DNA from: an uncultured Anaerolineaceae bacterium
GTDB taxonomy: Bacteria; Chloroflexota; Anaerolineae; Anaerolineales; Villigracilaceae
Length of the DNA: 28,425 bases
Assembly: GCA_964392495.1 (NCBI GenBank)
Contig: CAYMQX010000001.1
Span: 1-28,425 of the forward strand
Direction of reading: 5' to 3'
Part shown: piece after piece, positions 24,309 through 28,425 of the stretch
Numbering within the stretch: position 1 is the first letter of the stretch
Layout: each line of letters starts with the position of its first letter
Program-made: the position numbers and the translations under genes
Notes under the pieces: model-generated
What the model was told of the DNA's origin: nothing
Database searches by the model: none
Seen by the model: the letters and a program-made list of their open reading frames with translations, nothing else

Positions 24309-24572
24309 ATGGCACACAAAAAAGGCGGCGGTTCCAGCCGCAACGGACGGGACAGTAATTCCCAGCGTCTGGGTGTGAAGCGCTATGCCGGCCAGTTCGT
24401 TCTGGCGGGCAATATCCTCGTACGCCAGCGCGGGACCAAGATCAAGCCTGGGCTGAATGTACTGGCAGGCAAGGACGATACGCTCTTTTCCATCATCGAC
24501 GGGGTCGTGATGTTCGACATCGTACATGGACGGAAACGCGTGAACGTCCTGCCTGAGGCTGAGAGCAAGTAA
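24309..24572 (+). CDS. rpmA: 50S ribosomal protein bL27
   Basis: [25 protein letters not shown]...[11 protein letters not shown]...GKDDTLF. Confidence 0.98.
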   Translation: MAHKKGGGSSRNGRDSNSQRLGVKRYAGQFVLAGNILVRQRGTKIKPGLNVLAGKDDTLFSIIDGVVMFDIVHGRKRVNVLPEAESK

Positions 24573-24580
24573 AGGAAGTC

Positions 24581-25054
24581 ATGAAACCTGAAATCCATCC
24601 CACTTACTATCCGGATGCCAAGGTCACTTGTGCATCCTGCGGAAAGACCTGGACGACCGGTTCGACCCGGAAGGAATTGCGAGTGGATATCTGCTCCAAT
24701 TGCCACCCGTTCTTTTCCGGCGAGGCGGCCCGTATAATCGATATTGAAGGTCAAGTGGACCGCTTCTACAAAAAACTGCAGGCCCGTCAGACACATGTCC
24801 AGGCCAAGGAGGCCCGCGAGGCTGCCAAGAGTTCGCCTGAACGGCTGATCGAAGAACTCGGCCTCTCTACCCGGGCTACGGAGGCTCTCAAGAAGGGCGG
24901 GATCGAAAAGATCGGCCAGCTTTTGACCAAACTTGCCGAGGGCGACAAGTCGGTGCTGACTATCGCAGGTTTTGGGCAGTCTTCGCTTACAACCGCCAAG
25001 AAGAAGCTGCGCAGCATGGGATACGAGCTCCCTGAAGCGCAGGCTGCAGCGTAG
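24581..25054 (+). CDS. rpmE: 50S ribosomal protein bL31 (Zn type) fused to an RNA polymerase alpha-CTD-like domain
   Basis: Residues 1-66 are bL31 ([29 protein letters not shown]). Residues 90-150 follow the alpha-CTD pattern ([26 protein letters not shown]...GFGQSSL...KKKL..MG). Confidence 0.93.
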   Translation: MKPEIHPTYYPDAKVTCASCGKTWTTGSTRKELRVDICSNCHPFFSGEAARIIDIEGQVDRFYKKLQARQTHVQAKEAREAAKSSPERLIEELGLSTRATEALKKGGIEKIGQLLTKLAEGDKSVLTIAGFGQSSLTTAKKKLRSMGYELPEAQAAA

Positions 25055-25072
25055 AACGAAGCAGTGATTTTC

Positions 25073-25104
25073 AAACAGGCAGACGCGAGATCGTCTGCCT
25101 GTTT
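25073..25104 (+). terminator. Intrinsic terminator after rpmE
   Basis: 13-bp perfect inverted repeat aaacaggcagacg (25073-25085) / cgtctgcctgttt (25092-25104) with a 6-nt loop and a short T tail. Confidence 0.75.
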
Positions 25105-25112
25105 GCTATAAT
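25104..25112 (+). promoter_or_regulatory. Extended -10 promoter for tdk-hpt, overlapping the rpmE terminator
   Basis: TG-C-TATAAT at 25104-25112, 48 nt upstream of the tdk ATG. Confidence 0.6.
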
Positions 25113-25160
25113 GGGACAAAAGCACGGCAACCTGACTACGCTCAAGGATATTCATCGCAA

Positions 25161-25730
25161 ATGAAACATACGCACGGGTTGGTTGAAGTGATCTGCGGTT
25201 CGATGTTCAGCGGCAAAACGGACGAGTTGATCCGGCGACTGGTACGGGCCACCATTGCCAGGCAGAAAGTGCAGGTTTTCAAGCCTGCCATTGACGTGCG
25301 CTATACGGTCAGCAAGGTGACTTCGCATGCCGGTTCGAACTTTGATGCGCTGCCTATTCAGAGCGCAGCCGATATCCTCGCGAAACTGGAACCGGATACC
25401 ACGGTGGTAGGGATCGATGAGGCCCAGTTCCTGGATGATGGGGTTGTGAAGGTCGCGCAAGAATTGGCTGCACGGGGACTTCGGGTGCTTGTCGCGGGCC
25501 TGGATACTGACTTTCGAGGCGAACCCTTCGGCTCCATGCCGGCCCTGATGTGCATTGCCGAGCGGGTGGACAAGCTCCATGCCATCTGCATGGTATGCGG
25601 AGACGAAGCCTCACGGACGCAACGGCTTGTCAATGAAAAGCCGGCTCATTATGACGATCCGGTCGTTATTGTAGGGGCCTCCGAGTTATATGAAGCCCGC
25701 TGTCGACTGCACCATGAAGTTCCACAGTAA
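25161..25730 (+). CDS. tdk: Thymidine kinase (TK1-like)
   Basis: [34 protein letters not shown] and YEARCRLH. Confidence 0.97.
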   Translation: MKHTHGLVEVICGSMFSGKTDELIRRLVRATIARQKVQVFKPAIDVRYTVSKVTSHAGSNFDALPIQSAADILAKLEPDTTVVGIDEAQFLDDGVVKVAQELAARGLRVLVAGLDTDFRGEPFGSMPALMCIAERVDKLHAICMVCGDEASRTQRLVNEKPAHYDDPVVIVGASELYEARCRLHHEVPQ

Positions 25731-25737
25731 GGTGTGA

Positions 25738-26304
25738 ATGCAGGAATATAAGGAAGTCCTTGCGGAAGTATTAATCGATGAAACGGCTCTCCAGAAGCGT
25801 GTGGCCGAAATGGGCCAGGAGATCAGCCGGGAGTATGCCAAGAGCAACCTGCTCTTGATATGCATCCTGCGTGGCGGAGTGCCTTTCCTGGTGGACCTGA
25901 GCCGCCATATCAGTGTGCCCCACATGGTGGATTTCATGGCAGTTTCCTCCTATGGGCTCGGAAAACGTCAGTCATCCGGTTTTGCGCGTGTGACGCTTGA
26001 TCTGCAGACCGATATCAGGGGAAAGGATGTATTGCTTGTCGAGGATATTGTGGACAGCGGCCATACAATATCCTCGGTGTTGGAATTGCTTAGTACACGG
26101 CAGCCCGCATCGCTAAAGGTCTGCACACTACTGGATAAACCCGAGCGGCGGGAGGCGTATGTGCCGATCGCTTACAAAGGCTTTGAGATCCCGAACAAAT
26201 TCGTGTTTGGGTATGGCCTGGACCTGGACGAGTATTACCGCAACCTCCGATTTGTGGGGGTCGTGGACCTGGAAAAGTACAAGCCGCCCTCCCAGCAAGG
26301 ATAA
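25738..26304 (+). CDS. hpt: Hypoxanthine phosphoribosyltransferase
   Basis: ICILRGG, DFMAVSSYG, PRPP loop VLLVEDIVDSGHT, LLDKPERR and FVFGYGLD. Confidence 0.96.
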   Translation: MQEYKEVLAEVLIDETALQKRVAEMGQEISREYAKSNLLLICILRGGVPFLVDLSRHISVPHMVDFMAVSSYGLGKRQSSGFARVTLDLQTDIRGKDVLLVEDIVDSGHTISSVLELLSTRQPASLKVCTLLDKPERREAYVPIAYKGFEIPNKFVFGYGLDLDEYYRNLRFVGVVDLEKYKPPSQQG

Positions 26305-26318
26305 GGCCCACGGAGTGA

Positions 26319-28022
26319 ATGATGCACTCTCCCCAAGAATTGGATGACAGGGGTGATGCGAGCGCCTCCGGCTATACAGGCCGGTGGGTGGCCCGACTGC
26401 GCGGGCGTATCATTGCCCAGGGAGGGACGCCAGCCCAGGCGCTGCGGGCGGCTCAATCCAGCCGTTATAAAGAGACTCCTGAGATTGATTACGTGCCTTT
26501 AAATCTGCCTGTTTCGCCAATGGTTGAAAAGATCCGCGGCCTTTTACCGGACCACGAACTTTACCTGGTTGGGGGAGCGGTCCGCGATATGCTTTTAGGG
26601 CGCAGTTCGCACGACCTGGATTTTGCCGTGCCTTCGGCGGGTATTGACATGGCGAGACGCGTGGCCGGCAGCCTGAAAGGAGACTTCCAGGTATTGGATG
26701 GTGAGCGGGATACGGGAAGGGTTATCCTGCATGAAGCCGATGGGGCGCGTATCTTCCTTGATTTTGCGGCGTATCGGGGAGAGGGGGATCACTACCCCGG
26801 GCCGGATCTTGAGACCGATCTGCGCTGCCGGGATTTCACCATTAATGCCATTGCCTACGATGTCCGAACGGGAGTTCTGCTTGATCCGATGGATGGAGGC
26901 GCCGACCTGCGCGCGAAGCGCATTCATGCCTGCACAGATCGCTCCATGCAAGATGATCCGGTGCGTGTATTGCGAGGAGTGCGGCTGGCTGCCAGGCTGG
27001 ATTTCAAGATCGAACCTGGGACCCGCAGACAGATGAAAGAAGCTGCAGCAGGGTTGAAGCAGGCCAGCGTGGAGCGGCAGAGGGATGAGTTGTTCAAGAT
27101 CTTCGACGGTCCCAAACTGGAAGCCGCCATACGGGCGCTGGACCTATTGGGCGCTTTGAAAGATCTCTTGCCAGAACTGGACGCGCTCAAGCGAGTGGAG
27201 CAATCCGCCCCACATGTTTACGATGTCTGGAATCATACACTGGCGGTCCTTCAGAATCTGGAATCGATCCTTGCAGCGCTGCGGGTGGATTCTCATGAGG
27301 AGGAAACCGATGACCTCTTTACGGAGTCTCTGGCGATGCACCTGGGGCGCTTCCGGGAGCAACTGGCATCTCATTTGAAAACCGAGTTGAACGCCGATCG
27401 AAGTTATAGAGCGCTGCTGTTTCTTACGGCGCTTTATCATGATATTTGCAAACCATCGACGCGGACGGTGGAACCGGACGGCCGGATCCGTTTCCTGGGG
27501 CACGACCAGCAGGGAGCAGAGGTCGCAGCGGAGCGCGCCGGTGCCCTGCGCCTCAGCAATGATGAGATTGATCGCTTGCGTGTAATCATTAAAGAGCATA
27601 TGAGGTTTCATTACATCACCAGCCGGATGGAGAAAGAAGGACGCGGACCTTCGCGTAAGACGATCTACCGCTTTTTTCGCGATAGCGGCCCGGCCGGTCC
27701 GGACCTTGTGCTTTTCGGCCTGGCGGACTTACGGGGAACCCGGGCGGGCGGTCTTAATCAAGAAACCTGGATGGCTGCGCTGGATGTGGCCCGGATCCTG
27801 CTGGAAAACTTCTGGGAAAAGCCTGAGGAATCGGTCTCGCCGCCGAGGCTGCTGGATGGGAAAGAACTTATCAAGGAATTGGGTATTGAACCAGGCCCCC
27901 GGCTTGGCCAGTTAATCGATGCGTTGCGCGAGGCTCAGGCTACGGGAAAGGTTTCCACGCGTGAAGATGCCGTTAAGTATGCCCGTTCCTGGCTGATGGG
28001 CAGCCAGGGAGCCGGGCAATAA
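26319..28022 (+). CDS. Class II tRNA nucleotidyltransferase with HD domain and N-terminal DUF5678-like domain
   Basis: YLVGGAVRDMLL...HDLDF, RDFTINAIA and DDPVRVLR, with HD region HVYDVWNHT...LYHDICKP. The N-terminal 60 aa include YTGRWVARLRGRIIAQG. Confidence 0.9.
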   Translation: MMHSPQELDDRGDASASGYTGRWVARLRGRIIAQGGTPAQALRAAQSSRYKETPEIDYVPLNLPVSPMVEKIRGLLPDHELYLVGGAVRDMLLGRSSHDLDFAVPSAGIDMARRVAGSLKGDFQVLDGERDTGRVILHEADGARIFLDFAAYRGEGDHYPGPDLETDLRCRDFTINAIAYDVRTGVLLDPMDGGADLRAKRIHACTDRSMQDDPVRVLRGVRLAARLDFKIEPGTRRQMKEAAAGLKQASVERQRDELFKIFDGPKLEAAIRALDLLGALKDLLPELDALKRVEQSAPHVYDVWNHTLAVLQNLESILAALRVDSHEEETDDLFTESLAMHLGRFREQLASHLKTELNADRSYRALLFLTALYHDICKPSTRTVEPDGRIRFLGHDQQGAEVAAERAGALRLSNDEIDRLRVIIKEHMRFHYITSRMEKEGRGPSRKTIYRFFRDSGPAGPDLVLFGLADLRGTRAGGLNQETWMAALDVARILLENFWEKPEESVSPPRLLDGKELIKELGIEPGPRLGQLIDALREAQATGKVSTREDAVKYARSWLMGSQGAGQ

Positions 28023-28033
28023 TTCCAGCCTGC

Positions 28034-28054
28034 CGGGGTTATGTCCCCGTTTTT
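28034..28054 (+). terminator. Possible weak intrinsic terminator
   Basis: cgggg / ccccg 5-bp stem with a ttatgt loop, followed by five T. Confidence 0.4.
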
Positions 28055-28083
28055 GGTATTCTGAAGAAGGAGGAAAGGTAGAT

Positions 28084-28425
28084 ATGGACCGGGTGGCTGT
28101 AAATGGCACTGAGCTTGCCTATGTGCGCCAGGGCGAAGGCACACCTTTGATCCTGATCCACGGTTATCCGCTCGACCATTCAATCTGGGAAAAGATAATC
28201 CCGTTGTTGGCGGATTCCTTTGACGTTATTGCCCCCGATTTGCGCGGCTTTGGGGAGAGCAATGGCACAGAGGGGGAGTATGGGATGGAAACCTATGCGG
28301 AGGACCTCGCAGGGCTGCTGGATGCACTCGATATCCGGCAGGCTGTGATCGCAGGGCACTCCATGGGTGGGTATGTGGCCCTTGCGTTTGCTCGGGCGCA
28401 CCCTGTTCGGATCCGCGGGCTGGGC
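28084..28425 (+). CDS. Alpha/beta hydrolase, 3' truncated by the window end (not in the ORF track)
   Basis: My translation is MDRVAVNGTELAYVRQGEGTPLILIHGYPLDHSIW...APDLRGFGES...GHSMGGYVA, with the HG oxyanion motif and GxSxG elbow. AAGGAGG lies upstream. Confidence 0.92.
   Translation, partial: MDRVAVNGTELAYVRQGEGTPLILIHGYPLDHSIWEKIIPLLADSFDVIAPDLRGFGESNGTEGEYGMETYAEDLAGLLDALDIRQAVIAGHSMGGYVALAFARAHPVRIRGLG

Noticed and set aside
23600-24527. Long minus-strand ORFs 23600..24343 (247 aa) and 23868..24527 (219 aa)
   Set aside because: They are antisense shadows of rplU/rpmA. The hydrophobic look comes from reverse-reading the Lys-rich tail, and they have no SD or family motif.

Overview
A 28.4 kb bacterial chromosomal window, mostly housekeeping and densely coding. 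The Thr/Pro-rich linkers and gene mix suggest Chloroflexota/Anaerolineae, which is inference only. Contents in order: CBS protein (5' truncated), amidase, rpsF-ssb-rpsR plus a PrsA/SurA-like PPIase (minus), PHP metallohydrolase, secG, orphan peptide-binding protein, M20 dipeptidase, DUF1385, phosphodiester glycosidase, stand-alone Fe-S PD-(D/E)XK nuclease, EamA transporter, ABC-F ATPase, probable PPi-type PFK, protealysin-emfourin pair, small membrane protein, tandem UvrD-like helicase and degenerate helicase, dienelactone hydrolase, a 132-bp MITE-like element, rplU-rpmA-rpmE, tdk-hpt-tRNA nucleotidyltransferase, and an alpha/beta hydrolase (3' truncated). No rRNA, tRNA or CRISPR array was seen. 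The most notable observations are: (1) ribosomal protein bL31 fused in frame to an RNA polymerase alpha-CTD-like domain; (2) a leaderless 31-aa uORF with mutually exclusive antiterminator and terminator helices upstream of the ABC-F gene; (3) an apparently three-piece AddAB/AdnAB-like helicase-nuclease set; (4) a non-autonomous element with TIRs and a 10-bp TSD next to the rplU promoter; (5) a loop-shortened, probably CC-adding nucleotidyltransferase with an extra N-terminal DUF5678-like domain. All motif calls were made by eye, with no database searches.
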